A stretch of 64,000 nt of DNA, from NCBI RefSeq assembly GCF_964355755.1, contig NC_092673.1, positions 16,923,648-16,987,647 of the forward strand, written 5' to 3'. Position 1 is the stretch's first letter; each line of letters opens with the position of its first letter. The notes beneath the pieces were generated by a model. It was not told the origin of the DNA. It did not search any database and saw only the letters and a program-made list of their open reading frames with translations. The position numbers and the translations under genes are program-made. The DNA is from Antedon mediterranea (taxonomy: Eukaryota; Animalia; Echinodermata). This document shows positions 37,218 to 51,267 of the stretch, in pieces.

Positions 37218-37765
37218 CATTTTTCAGCATCAATACAATTTTCAGCATCAATACAATTTTCAGCATCAATACAATTTTCAGCATCAATACAATTTTCAGC
37301 ATCAATACAATTTTCAGCATCAATACAATTTTCACCATCAATACAATTTTCACCATCAATACAATTTTCACCATCAATACAATTTTCACCATCAGTACAA
37401 TTTTCACCATCAGTACAATTTTCACCATCAATACAATTTTCACCATCAATACAATTTTCACCATCAATACAATTTTCACCATCAATACAATTTTCACCAT
37501 CAATACAATTTTCACCATCAATACAATTTTCATTATCAATACAATTTTCACCATCAATACAATTTTCACCATCAATACAATTTTCACCATCAGTACAATT
37601 TTCACCATCAATACAATTTTCACCATCAATACAATTTTTATTATCAATACAATTTTCACCATCAATACAATTTTCACCATCAATACGATTTTCACCATCA
37701 GTACAATTTTCACCATTAATACAATTTTCACCATCAATACGATTTTCACCATCAGTACAATTTTC
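37218..37765. repeat. 18-bp minisatellite (ttttcaccatcaatacaa)
   Basis: Directly visible; gives the LMVKIV / SIQFSP pseudo-ORFs. Confidence 0.95.
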
Positions 37766-38110
37766 ATTGTCTGTGCCATTTTATTGATGCAATTTTCATC
37801 ATGATGATGATTAGGTTTAAAAAAGGTGGTAAAAAATCCTTTTTTTGAACCAGAGGCTTCCATTGGTACACCATAGAGACAAAGAATCTAATATTAAATA
37901 ACCAGGCCATTTTCTTGGGTGTTTATCTTGTTAAGTTTTAATAAATTGCAGTTGATAAAGAGGTTGTTAACAATAACTAGATATGAATATCAATCAATAT
38001 GTTACTACAAAATAGAAAAAAAAATCATTAGAAGAATGTTGTAAACATTTAAAAATAAATCACAATTGACAATTTAATAATTATCATTGTCAAATTGACC
38101 TTATAATATA

Positions 38111-38950
38111 CTAGCAATTTTACCCGCCCCAGGGCGGGTTTCAAACTTAGTTTAAAGCCTTCTCAGTACATAACACCCGACTCCAGTATCTCCCTATACT
38201 CACCAACCCCCAACCCTCTTCAATAACTCTTTTTTTTTTTAAATAAATTCTTCCCCCAACAAATTCAATTCAACTTTAGCTTCAAAATGAGAGGGGTATA
38301 CATAGCTATGATATGCCTATGGTTTAAGTACGTTGTAAACTGTGTAAATGAATAGGTGTCATATTGGCTGATAATTAAAATATCTAATTTTGGTATTGTG
38401 TCCCCCCAGCCTTCTTTCTCCTTTAGCCATCCCAGCCACAATTAACTAACTTTAACTCTACCCCAGGACAGTTCAAATGTAGTAACTTTTCCTAGTACAA
38501 TTCCAATCATTATACTTCATTACGCCAGTATTTCTACTCCCCTCCTCCTTCCCAACACACCCCAGATACTGGGTGATGTGTTTAGACGGTTCCAGTACTA
38601 ATAATGTTAGCCATCACTCCAACCCATAATCCCTCAGTGGCAGTTTTCAAATGTAGTTTAAAATGTTCCCAGTACAGTTTCAGTCATGGTGATAGGCCTA
38701 CATCCCCACCCCAAACTCTCAGCCCCTTCCCAGTGATAATTAAAATACTTTAACAATTTCCTACCACAATTCTGGTCAATTTTATAGCCTACCACCCCTA
38801 CCCTAAGCAAAATCCCCACTATCCCCTGAACCCCAACTCTCACATCCTATCTCCCCACCCCCTCTCCCACTAAATCCCCGGACTTTTTGAAATGTAGTTT
38901 AAAACCTTCCCGGTACAATTGCGATCATTTTGATACCCCTGCATATGTAT
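38111..38950 (-). mobile_element. Helitron-like element, 3' end at 38111 (5' limit approximate)
   Basis: Minus strand has GC hairpin acccgccc/gggcgggt followed 7 nt later by CTAG|T. Confidence 0.55.
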
Positions 38951-39931
38951 GGTTACATGCAGAAACAGAAATTTGTATAATGAACAAACATCGAAAGTAT
39001 TTTCACATTTAATTTTTCCTTTTCTCTTCATGTCAAGCAATTTCTGTTATTTTCTTCATCACGTCTGTCTAATGAGTGAGTTCTCTCCTTTCAATTAGTT
39101 TAGTATGTCAACTTCAGTATTTGGGTAGTCTATAGAATGTGTTTTGACATAATTTTAGTAAAAAGATAAATATATTGCCACATATGGTGTTTCATACATA
39201 TGCTAATTTATCGATTATCGAAAAAAAACACAGTGGTCTCCAAAAAAAATTGAAACGCTATCCGGTGGACTAACATAAAAAAGAGAATATTAACTACAGA
39301 CTTGGGGCAAGTCGTCTAATATTTGGGCAACTAATCTTTGTTATATGGATGATTTTACCAATGTACAGAAACAATTTTATTGCATTAAATATTTTTTCTT
39401 TAGTTTAAAATGTATGTCAGTATAGTGATTCATTTGTTCATGTTTGAAAGAGTTGGTGTCAGTTTATTTCAAAATGTTAGCATAACTCAATGTCGATGAC
39501 CTATTACAATATAGTACACCCTTCCTCCCCTGAAATTGACACTTAACAAGTATATATAACTTTACTTATTTAATTTAACTTTACAATCAATTGTGTTAAT
39601 AATTAATGCATTTTAAGTTAAAGGCTAAAACTTGAATAGAGAAAGCTGATTTGTTTTGGTCTTTTTTGTCATAATTGTTAAAGTTATATTATTATATTAT
39701 GAGAGTGACAAATAAAGTATTTACACAAATATATATATTTTGGCATTATGTGTACAATATAAATATAAAAAAAGATATTTTAAGTTTAAACACTCAAGTC
39801 GCTAGCATTACAAAGAATATATAATTTCTTTTTAAAGAATTGTAGGCAATTTAAAAAAATGTCCTAAATAGGATAGTTTTTGCAGTTTAATAAGCATGAC
39901 AGATTTGCTCCTGTATACTGAAATCCATTAA

Positions 39932-40162
39932 AGATATATTGTCACCTGGAAAATATATATATATTTTTCTTGAATATGCAATTTTAATTTCATAATAGTT
40001 ATTCACTTTGACCAAAAATTGGAGCGAAAATAAAAATTTTTACCTGAAAATAATGCAAAAAATAGTCAAATTATCAGACAATGGGTTGAAACTGCAGAAT
40101 TCCCTATTCAAAGTTTGATTTTATTAATCTTCATTTTTCATGTTTTTGGGGGACAATATATC
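39932..40162. mobile_element. Second copy of the Kolobok-like MITE
   Basis: ttaa|agatatattgtc ... ggggacaatatatc; homologous to 9583-9910. Confidence 0.55.
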
Positions 40163-40467
40163 CAGTACCCTGTGGACCCCTGTTGAATAAATTTGAACCT
40201 GGTGAACTTAAGAACAACAATAATTAATGTTTAAATTTAAGCAACAACAAAATAAAGCTTAATGACTGATGATTGACAGTTTGGATTTATTTGTCATTGT
40301 CATGATAATAAAACAATTTAAAATAAAAAAGTAAACAAAATGTTTTTATTGTTCATGTGGATTGTTATTTTTTGTTTAATTTTGCATAAAGCATGCACAC
40401 TACTCCCAGATAGTGTATCTTAGTTTCATTATGCAAATTACGATTTTGTAGGTTTAGATATTCATAA

Positions 40468-41545
40468 TTAGGTGATACATTTTATATAAGGGCACTCTCC
40501 ATACTAATGGGGAATTTAGGTGTAAGTTTTTATTGTTCATATGGATTGTTAATTAGGTGATACATTTTATATAAGTGCACTCTCCATACTAATGGGGAAT
40601 TTAGGTGTAAGTTTTTATTGTTCATATGGATTGTTAATTAGGTGATACATTTTATATAAGGGCACTCTCCATACTAATGAGGAATTTAGGTGTAAGTTTT
40701 TATTGTTCATAAGGAGTGTTAATTAGGTGATACATTTGATATAAGTGCACTCTCCATACTAATGGGGAATTTAGGTGTAAGTTTTTATTGTTCATAAGGA
40801 GTGTTAATTAGGTGATACATTTTATATAAGGGCACTCTCCATACTAATGGGGAATTTAGGTGTAAGTTTTTATTGTTCATAAGGAGTGTTAATTAGGTGA
40901 TACATTTGATATAAGTGCACTCTCCATACTAATGGGGAATTTAGGTGTAAGTTTTAATTGTTCATATGGATTGTTAATTAGGTGATACATTTTATATAAG
41001 GGCACTCTCCATACTAATGAGGAATTTAGGTGTAAGTTTTTATTGTTCATATGGATTGTTAATTAGGTGATACATTTTATATAAGGGCACTCTCCATACT
41101 AATGGGGAATTTAGGTGTAAGTTTTTATTGTTCATATGGATTGTTAATTAGGTGATACATTTTATATAAGGGCACTCTCCATACTAATGAGGAATTTAGG
41201 TGTAAGTTTTTATTGTTCATAAGGAGTGTTAATTAGGTGATACATTTGATATAAGGGCACTCTCCATACTAATGGGGAATTTAGGTGTAAGTTTTTATTG
41301 TTCATATGGATTGTTAATTAGGTGATACATTTTATATAAGGGCACACTCCATACTAATGGGGAATTTAGGTGTAAGTTTTTATTGTTCATAAGGAGTGTT
41401 AATTAGGTGATACATTTTATATAAGGGCACACTCCATACTAATGGGGAATTTAGGTGTAAGTTTTTATTGTTCATATGGATTGTTAATTAGGTGATACAT
41501 TTTATATAAGGGCACTCTCCATACTAATGGGGAATTTAGGTGCAA
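40468..41545. repeat. 85-bp minisatellite, about 12 copies
   Basis: aattaggtgatacattttatataagggcactctccatactaatgggg... Confidence 0.95.
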
Positions 41546-42105
41546 GTTTCATTTTGATTGGTTCAGAAATGGTAATGGTAACATGCATAGTGAACAGGCT
41601 TGTTGTGGTTTTTGTTTATTATATATATAATTTAAATTTATATAAATTATTTAATAATTAAGTTAATATAAATATCAGGATAAGGATAAAACTGGTCAAC
41701 AATTGTGGACAAATATTTCACTGTCACCTATCACCATCCTCAGACAGTGTGTCTTGCTTTTGTGACGTGTGTACACTCTTTTATTGACTTAACCAACTTG
41801 ACTGTTAACATGTTCTTTACAAAAGGTTCTTTGTTAATATAAGTATGCAAGACCATGGATTAAAGAATAGAAGGATATGCATCGATGTGAGATCAAGGGT
41901 TCCTTGACTCTCGCCGACAGACCGCGGACCGCCCACAATGTTACAGTTTAATTAACCGCATGGTAACAACGAAACGGTCGCGTGCCTAATACTGTATATT
42001 GTTTACTGCACATGTGCAACGACATTTAACCTTGTTGTTGACTGCGCTTCTTTCGCACGTTCTCTGTTGCCCTGTATGTATTCATACATATTTGAACAGT
42101 ATAAT

Positions 42106-42292
42106 CAGTGCCGTAACGGCTATGTGCGCTCACTGGCTAAATCGAAGCTTGGGGCCCATGAGCAGTGCCCAGAGGAACAGGCATAAAATATGTCGAAAAT
42201 GCTAAAAACGTCCGAGGCCTCAATCTTTGAAACTTGGAGGGCCACTTAGGTTTCCTAAACAAGTGGCTTCAGGCCTCTGCCTCACGCCACTG
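42106..42292. mobile_element. hAT-like MITE
   Basis: cagtg...cactg ends; 8-bp TSD agtataat. Confidence 0.8.
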
Positions 42293-42338
42293 AGTATAAT
42301 GTTTATTGAAGACAGTTATTAAATTTACATTGTATGTT

Positions 42339-43795
42339 ATTTTTTTTTTTTTTTTTTTTTATTTTATTTTTAAAACCAGAAACAACAGCAGAAACAAATC
42401 CGCCACTTACAGCTTGGTTTAACAGATACAAAACAATTACAACAACTCAGAAACACTTAAATTACGACGGAACAGATAAAGATTGGAATTAAAAATGTCA
42501 ATATGGGGATGGGCCTGGACTAAACTATTATAATATAAACTTAATCTACTGATGTAACCACTTTTGAGAACATTGACTCTACAAAAGGGAACACAAAGGA
42601 TACTATTGTTTCTTAAATTACGGGCGGGAACACGAATACCGAAATTGGAGATAAAGTTGCAGTCAAAAATAGAATGAAGACATTTAAAAAGAAAAATAAG
42701 ATCATTGTGACATCTACGTAATGAAGGGGGAGATATAGGATATATTTTTTTATCATCACAATTATAAAGATTGTTACATTTAAAAAGATTATTCTGATTG
42801 TGGTTGTGGCTGATGTAGCGCAAAAATCTAGAATAGAGTCGGTCAATACGTGAGGCTTGGGTTTTGGAGATTGAATTGTAAATAACAGAACAAAAGTCTA
42901 AATTAGGTTGGATTAAGGTGATATATAGATAAACTTTGGAAGAACGACCGAGATATTTTCCATTGCGCCACATCAGCCCAAGCAGCTTATTGCATTTATT
43001 TAGAAGATGATCAACATGAAAAGAAAAAGTAAGGGAACTATCTAAAATAATACCGAGATCACGATGTTGATGCACCTTATTAATAGGTTTGTCGTCGACG
43101 GAATAGACATAAACAATTTTATTTTTATTTAAAGTAAAGGACAAAATATTGCACTTGGAAGAGTTTAACATCATGCCCCACAAAGTGGACCAGGAACTAA
43201 ATTTAGTAAGGTCTCCCTGAAGCATTTCAGCATCTTCATAACTGTTGATAGTTTTAATAATTTTTAGATCGTCAGCAAACATAAGACAATCTGAATAGCG
43301 AAACAGCGATGGAATATCGTTCACATACAAATTAAAAAGGAGGGGACCGAGGATTGACCCCTGAGGAACACCGGAATGAACTGGAAGCCACTCAGATGCC
43401 TCGCCATCGATAACTACACGTTGACGTCTACCATCCAAATAGCTTCTGAACCAGGACAAAAGATGAGGATTAAAACCAAGTCGTTAAAGTTTAAAAATAA
43501 GAAGATTGTGTGGCACCAAATCAAAAGCTTTTGAGAAGTCAGTATATATAACATCACATTGTGCTCTGCCCTTGATGGCATCATACACAGTTGTCAGAAG
43601 ACAAGCAAGATTTGTTTCACATGACCTGTTGGGAACGAAACCATGCTGATAGAGAGAGATGGTAGAATGAACATGGGACCAAATGTGATTATACATGACT
43701 CGTTCGAAAAGTTTTGAGATGGTAGGCAAAATTGAAATCGGTCTGTAATTGGTGACGGATTTCTTGGAACCAGATTTGTAGATAGGAACAACATT
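42339..43795 (-). mobile_element. 5'-truncated CR1/Jockey-group LINE with poly(A) tail
   Basis: NYRPISIL, QHGF..RSC, DFSKAFD, GVPQGSILGPLLF..YVND and FADD lie in one frame with a single stop at 43484-43486; poly-T at 42339-42360. Confidence 0.92.
42437..43459 (-). CDS. LINE reverse transcriptase C-terminal ORF (partial)
   Basis: RT motifs GVPQGSILGP, FADD, DLGI.LD. Confidence 0.8.
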   Translation of the reverse strand: MSWFRSYLDGRRQRVVIDGEASEWLPVHSGVPQGSILGPLLFNLYVNDIPSLFRYSDCLMFADDLKIIKTINSYEDAEMLQGDLTKFSSWSTLWGMMLNSSKCNILSFTLNKNKIVYVYSVDDKPINKVHQHRDLGIILDSSLTFSFHVDHLLNKCNKLLGLMWRNGKYLGRSSKVYLYITLIQPNLDFCSVIYNSISKTQASRIDRLYSRFLRYISHNHNQNNLFKCNNLYNCDDKKIYPISPPSLRRCHNDLIFLFKCLHSIFDCNFISNFGIRVPARNLRNNSILCVPFCRVNVLKSGYISRLSLYYNSLVQAHPHIDIFNSNLYLFRRNLSVSELL

Positions 43796-44007
43796 GTTAT
43801 TGTGAAGACCCTAGTGTAGGCCTACTTCATCAATATACCAGATAAAAACAATACTATATTGTTATTGGCTTAGAATTGTAGATGCTATAATTGTAATTAG
43901 TATAGGTTTCTACCGCGATTGATCTACGCTAATGTTTTTATGACATTAAAGTAGCATTTTATGACCTGTAGTAGCCCTACATCTGAGACAATAACTATTT
44001 ATTTGTT

Positions 44008-45255
44008 GGTATTGTACTACCTTACTTTATGATCCATTTATTAATAGACTAAAAAAAACGCACTGCTTCCCCAGGGCTGTTAGTCAGGGTATTTGTGTGG
44101 GGTATTGTACTACCTTACTTTATGATCCATTTATTAATAGACTAAAATGCACTGCTTCCCCAGGGCTGTTAGTCAGGGTATTTGTGTGGGGTATTGTACT
44201 ACCTTACTTTATGATCCATTTATCAATAGCCTAAATGCACTGCTTCCCCAGGGCTGTTAGTCAGGGTATTTGTGTGGGGTATTGTACTACCTTACTTTAT
44301 GATCCATTTATTAATAGACTAAAATGTACTGCTTCCCCAGGGCTGTTAGTCAGGGTATTTGTGTGGGGTATTGTTAACCTTACTTTATGATCCATTTATT
44401 AATAGACTAAAATGCACTGCTTCCCCAGGGCTGTTAGTCAGGGTATTTGTGTGGGGTATTGTACTACCTTACTTTATGATCCATTCATTAATAGACTAAA
44501 ATGCACTGCTTCCACAGGGCTGTTAGACAGGGTATTTGTGTGGGGTATTGTACTACCTTACTTTATGATCCATTTATTAATAGACTAAAATGCACTGCTT
44601 CCCCAGGGCTGTTAGTCAGGGTGTTTGTGTGCGGTATTGTACTACCTTACTTAATATGATCCATTCATTAATAGACTAAAATGCACTGCTTCCCCAGGGC
44701 TGTTAGACAGGGTATTTGTGTGGGGTATTGTACTACCTTACTTTATGATCCATTTATTAATAGACTAAAATGCACTGCTTCCCCAGGGCTGTTAGACAGG
44801 GTATTTGGGTGGGGTATTGTACTACCTTACTTTATGATCCATTTATTAATAGACTAAAATGCACTGCTTCCCCAGGGCTGTTAGTCAGGGTGTTTGTGTG
44901 GGGTATTGTACTACCTTACTTTATGATCCATTTATTAATACAGACTAAAATGCACTGCTTCCCCAGGGCTATTAGTCAGGGTATTTGTGTGGGGTATTGT
45001 ACTACCTTACTTTATGATCCATTTATTAATAGACTAAAATGCACTGCTTCCCCAGGGCTGTTAGTCAAGGGTTCTTGTGTGGGGTATTGTACTACCTTAC
45101 TTTATGATCCATTTATTAATAGACTAAAATGCACTGCTTCCCCAGGGCTGTTAGTCAGGGTATTTGTGTGGGGTATTGTACTACCTTACTTTATGATCCA
45201 TTTATTAATAGACTAAAATGCACTGCTTCCCCAGGGCTGTTGAGTCAGGGTATTT
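44008..45255. repeat. 89-bp minisatellite, about 14 copies
   Basis: Direct tandem units. Confidence 0.95.
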
Positions 45256-45363
45256 TTTAGTTTAATATTTATTTCTGTAGTTATAATGCTTTATATTTCA
45301 CATGACAGAAGATTGTTAAAATCTGTTGAATCAGTAAGTTTGTCTAACCGGCATAACATAATA

Positions 45364-46930
45364 CCACACTCATTTTGGTAGAAATACACCAGGAGTAGAT
45401 CCAGGATTTAGAGGGGACGGCTAATAATAGACTGGGTAAAGAAGCCTTGGCCACACTCATTTTGGTAGAAATACACCAGGAGTAGATCCAGGATTTAGAG
45501 GGGAGGGCTAATAATAGACTGGGGAAAGAAGCCTTGGCCACACTCATTTTGGTAGAAATACACCAGGAGTAGATCCAGGATTTAGAGGGGACGGCTAATA
45601 ATAGACTGGGTAAAGAAGCCTTGGCCACACTCATTTTGGTAGAAATACACCAGGAGTAGATCCAGGATTTAGAGGGGACGGCTAATAATAGACTGGGGAA
45701 AGAAGCCTAGGCCACACTCATTTTGGTAGAAATACACCAGGAGTAGATCCAGGATTTAGAGGGGACGGCTAATAATAGACTGGGGAAAGAAGCCTTGGCC
45801 ACACTCATTTTGGTAGAAATACACCAGGAGTAGATCCAGGATTTAGAGGGGATGGCTAATAATAGACTGGGGAAAGAAGCCTTGGCCACACTCATTTTGG
45901 TAGAAATACACCAGGAGTAGATCCAGGATTTAGAGGGGACGGCTAATAATAGACTGGGGAAAGAAGCCTTGGCCACACTCATTTTGGTAGAAATACACCA
46001 GGAGTAGATCCAGGATTTAGAGGGGAGGGCTAATAATAGACTGGGGAAAGAAGCCTTGGCCACACTCATTTTGGTAGAAATACACCAGGAGTAGATCCAG
46101 GATTTAGAGGGGACGGCTAATAATAGACTGGGTAAAGAAGCCTTGGCCACACTCATTTTGGTAGAAATACACCAGGAGTAGATCCAGGATTTAGAGGGGA
46201 CGGCTAATAATAGACTGGGGAAAGAAGCCTTGGCCACACTCATTTTGGTAGAAATACACCAGGAGTAGATCCAGGATTTAGAGGGGACGGCTAATAATAG
46301 ACTGGGTAAAGAAGCCTTGGCCACACTCATTTTGGTAGAAATACACCAGGAGTAGATCCAGGATTTAGAGGGGACGGCTAATAATAGACTGGGTAAAGAA
46401 GCCTTGGCCACACTCATTTTGGTAGAAATACACCAGGAGTAAATCCAGGATTTAGAGGGGACGGCTAATAATAGACTGGGTAAAGAAGCCTTGGCCACAC
46501 TCATTTTGGTAGAAATACACCAGGAGTAGATCCAGGATTTAGAGGGGACGGCTAATAATAGACTGGGTAAAGAAGCCTTGGCCACACTCATTTTGGTAGA
46601 AATACACCAGGAGTAGATCCAGGATTTAGAGGGGAGGGCTAATAATAGACTGGGGAAAGAAGCCTTGGCCACACTCATTTTGGTAGAAATACACCAGGAG
46701 TAGATCCAGGATTTAGAGGGGAGGGCTAATAATAGACTGGGTAAAGAAGCCTAGGCCACACTCATTTTGGTAGAAATACACCAGGAGTAGATCCAGGATT
46801 TAGAGGAGAGGGATAATAATAGACTGGGGAAAGAAGCCTAGGCCACACTCATTTTGGTAGAAATACACCAGGAGTAGATCCAGGATTTAGAGGGGAGGGC
46901 TAATAATAGACTGGGGAAAGAAGCCTAGGC
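45364..46930. repeat. 87-bp minisatellite, about 18 copies
   Basis: Direct tandem units; explains the 29-aa periodic ORF. Confidence 0.95.
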
Positions 46931-48477
46931 CCCATGGTTCTAATCAAAATTTTAAAATGTCCTCTTTCGCCATGCTTTTATAAAGTCTCCCACCATTTAA
47001 TTTTTATGATTTCGGACCTCCACATACTAAAAATGGCAGTGTGAAATAACACTTTTGGTTTTTAATAGTAAATTAACAATAAATGATATCATTATTGAAT
47101 AAAGAATTGTTTATCTCATAATAAATATATTTAATTCAAAATAATGTTCTGTTCTTCTTTATCCATTTTTTTTATCCATAATTGTTATTTTAAAATATTT
47201 TGTATAAAACTGGTAGATTGCTCACAATAAAATACAAACAGTAGTTTTTGTTTCATTATGCAAAGTATGATTTTTTTTAAATTAATAATTTATAATTAGG
47301 TGATACATTTTAATATAGCTTCTAAGTGCATTCTCCATACCAATTTATGATAAAAAAAATAAATAAAATTAATGTGATGTGAAGTAGGATTGGCCTTCCC
47401 ATGGATATCTTTTTTCCTTCTTGATAAACCTAAGTACCAATAATTAACCAGTATATAGGCCAATAAATAATATTATAAATACTATTATCACTACATAAAA
47501 TGGCATAGTAGGCCTCTACTAAACAACCAGAGCCTCCTAATTAGCCTTTAGTGAAAATTATTTTTTGTACCTAAACAATTCCTGGTAATCAAAATACACA
47601 TTATTATCCTAAAGCACAAAATATTATTAACAAATATATCCACGACACTTTATTAATTTCATTTTTATCAACAAAGCATCCATTATGAATTAAAAATATA
47701 CATAGTTATGTGATGTTTTGTTTCAAAATAAATAAATTTTATAATGTACTAGCGCAAGCAAGTACTTCTGTACACTTTGCACATCAATAATTCACCATCA
47801 AATATGCAATTACATTTTTAAAAATATAAGAAAACGTTTAAAGTATTTGTTGCTCCTAATCTATACTTTACATGCATTAATGGAGATAATTTATAATGAC
47901 TATAATAATAATAATCACATGACTTTGAAGTTTAACCCAATGTCGTAACTCTTTATATATATGGCTCTGGCTCCGCCCATAATTCGTTCGTTTACATTGG
48001 TTGAATATGAATTATGATATCTTCCTAACACTACCTTGTTTATATTAAGTTTGCAAACAATAGATAGGTAAACAAGACTTATATTTTCTATTATAGGCTA
48101 GCATGCAAGACTGATTAGGAAGTCATGTGATGCACAGAAGCAGTGAGAATTATAAACACCCTATAGTCAAGTAGCGTCTGTTGATGTAGAGCTGTTCAGT
48201 CGGACTGATTTACCAGTGGATGGAGGATTGTTTCCAGGGTAGGGTACCAACAATTCTGTTGTTCAGATTCAGTTGTAGTGTGAGTTTTTATATTATTTAT
48301 TTAATATTTCATTTGACTTACAGAATTGTGCTTTGTTTTATGACAATTACAGGAATAGCAATACTTTGTTTGGAAATGTTGGTTTATGGCAACCCAGTTG
48401 CATCCATTGAAGTGTTTCTCAACTATTTTATTTTTACAGCAAAAATTGCAATACAATAAAATTACAGATTTAATTCG

Positions 48478-48715
48478 AAATTCAGAGGCTTAAAAGGTAA
48501 TCTTGGTGAACACTACAAGGGTGATCAGTATCTTTTGCTCAAATTCTGCCTATGTTATCACTTACCTTTCAGGCCTTTCGGTTAATAAATAGCACATGAA
48601 TTGTTCAATAAAATTGTGTTAAAATGTTAATATCAAACCTACTAATGTCTGTTGTTGGACAGTACAAAGGTCACAGAAGTTGCTGCTGAATATCTTGTAG
48701 TACTAAGTATATTTT
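48478..48715 (+). pseudogene. Frameshifted relic of a DED exon paralogous to 17665-17910
   Basis: Piecewise translation KFRGLKGNLGEHYKGDQYLLLKFCLC / AHELFNKIVLK / IKPTNV / LLDSTKVTEVAAEYLV aligns with NFRDLKAGLSRCFDGERYCWLRFLLF..GNDLLNALEVKGLISPTNVNLLLEITNTSEIAQAKDLV; it contains stops and frameshifts. Confidence 0.75.
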
Positions 48716-50427
48716 GAACGAAACATGTCTGACGTGAAAATAAAAAAGGTGTATTAGCCTGATAGTACAGTGATACGCCTGTATTCTTAAACCAGACTTT
48801 AGTTGTAGTTCGAACTTCGACTTCAAAAAATGCTAATTCAAGCTACGGGGCTCTAGCCCCCTTGTCGGGGAGGCTAGCCCTCCCTCCCCGGTCGGGAACA
48901 CGGGTAATTTTTGTTGGGGAATATAATATACAGTACAAATCGTTCACGTTCACTTCGTAGCTTCAGCACCTAGAAAACCGCGACATTCTATTAAGTGAGT
49001 ATGTCAGAGGGTTATTATGCACTTTATATGCATTCATTATTGCCAGCGATCTAACTACTACAATAGGTACGCTCTGCCGGTGTCCCTTTGTACGAATCGT
49101 TCAACATTGGGCCCATTGTGGTTTTCACGTGATATCATGTTCCATCCAGGGACCAAAATGTGTAGTGTCGTTACTTTCCAGGTGAAGTTTACCGACGCGT
49201 TACTTCGTGTACTGTGTATCAACGTACACTACAGCAAAAACAAATTATGTTAATTGTTCGTATGTTCACCAATTTTTAATTTACGATTAACCTCTGGGAC
49301 CGTGGGGCACCTAAAATAAATATTTCAAACATTACTAAACAAAAAACATGCCATTTTCGCTTAGCCAACAACATCTTATTATAGCTAATGTCCTGTATGT
49401 CATGAACTTCTCACCGTACTCGGAAGTCCAGATGTATACACTTGCAAGGTATACTGATTTTCCCGACTAAAAATGGTCTGTGGACGCACCCCCCCCCCCC
49501 CCTTCCATATTAAGCCAAAACGGACTACTTTTTTAAGCCTCTAGGCCTGATGTTATCAAATTATAAGATGCAATTGTTGAAGACTTGCATCTCTAGTTTT
49601 CAAAATTTTCTTAGCTAAACCCAAACCATAAAGCTGGTCATAGGTAATTTCATTTCATATTTCGAAGTACAATAAGTGCATTTTCCGGGACCTACTAACA
49701 GCTCTATTTTTTAAGTTTGCTGCAATATTAGGATAGATATTTTGTGCAGTAAGGTAAAGTGCAAATAATTGAACACCAGATTCCTTCCCACCATGCATTG
49801 TGCAATGCCGTGATATCAAGCTATTTGTGATAAACCTTATTTAAGTTGAACGGTTTATTATAGCCATTTGTACTTATAATTATAAGACAGATGATTGGTA
49901 AACCTACAGTAAATTTGTAATTTGAAAAATCCAGGGTATTGATTAATAATAATGATTTGCTGTGTTTATTTGGGTCTGTTACCCCTAGCAACAAGATATT
50001 CAGGTAAAGCTCATTTCAAAATGTGTTATCAATAGGTGGTTCATAGATTATATAGTAGAATATTAACAAAATTGTTGACCAAATAACTGATAAGTTTTTC
50101 TGATAGTGATACTCACAATTGCCTAGAGGGATGTTTTTGCTGGTTTTTTGGGGTGTAAAGTATAGCGGCCAAACTGAATGGCAGCCATTTGTTGTGTATT
50201 AATTAAAGAAAAGTCATAATTGCCATTTGGGAAAATGAATCCACAAAACAAGATATGTCAATCAATTATTATGAACAAAATAATTTTTTTCATATTTAAA
50301 GATGAGACCATGGCCAGTTTAATATTAACTTGGTGATAAACTTAGATTTTACAATCGCACAATGTACACAATAGGCTTTATTTGTTTAAAAATCTAAAGT
50401 ACAATATGTTGTAATGCTAGCACAGGA

Positions 50428-51267
50428 GTCATCTTCATTCAGTAACACCAGCATACAGTCATCTTCATTCAGTAACACCAGCATACAGGTCATCTTCATT
50501 CACTAACACCAGCATACAGGTCATCTTCATTCAGTAACACCAGCATACAGGTCATCTTCATGCAGTATAACACCAGCATACAGGTCATCTTCATGCAGTA
50601 ACACCATCATACAGGTCATCTTCATTCAATAACACCAGCATACAGGTCATCTTCATTCAGTAACACCAGCATACAGGTCATCTACATTCAGTAACACCAG
50701 CATACAGGTCATCTTCATTCATGAACACCAGCATACAGGTTATCTTCATTCAGTAATACCAGCATACAGGTCATCTTCGTTCAGTAATGCCATCATACAG
50801 ATCATCTTCATTCAGTAATGCCAGCATACAGATCATCTTCATTCAGTAACACCAGCATACAGGTCATCTTCATTCAGTAATGCCAGCATACAGATCATCT
50901 TCATTCAGTAATTCCAGCATACAGGTCATCTTCATTCAGTAATGCCAGCATACAGATCATCTTCATTCAGTAACACCAGCATACAGGTCATCTTCATTCA
51001 GTAATGCCAGCATACAGATCATCTTCATGCAGTAACACCAGCATACAGATCATCTTCATTCAGTAACACCATCATACAGGTCATCTTCATGCAGTAACAC
51101 CAGCATACAGGTTATCGTCATTCAGTAACACCAGCATACAGATCATCTTCATGCAGTAACACCAGCATACAGGTCATCTTCATTCAGTAACACCATCATA
51201 CAGATCATCTTCATTCAGTAACACCGGCATACAGGTCATCTTCATTCAGTAACACCAGCATACAGGT
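50428..51267. repeat. 31-bp minisatellite
   Basis: gtcatcttcattcagtaacaccagcatacag. Confidence 0.95.

Noticed and set aside
37156-37863. LMVKIV / SIQFSP ORFs
   Set aside because: 18-bp minisatellite open on both strands.
45344-46678. 29-aa repeat ORFs
   Set aside because: 87-bp minisatellite with in-frame stops in some units and no recognisable domain.
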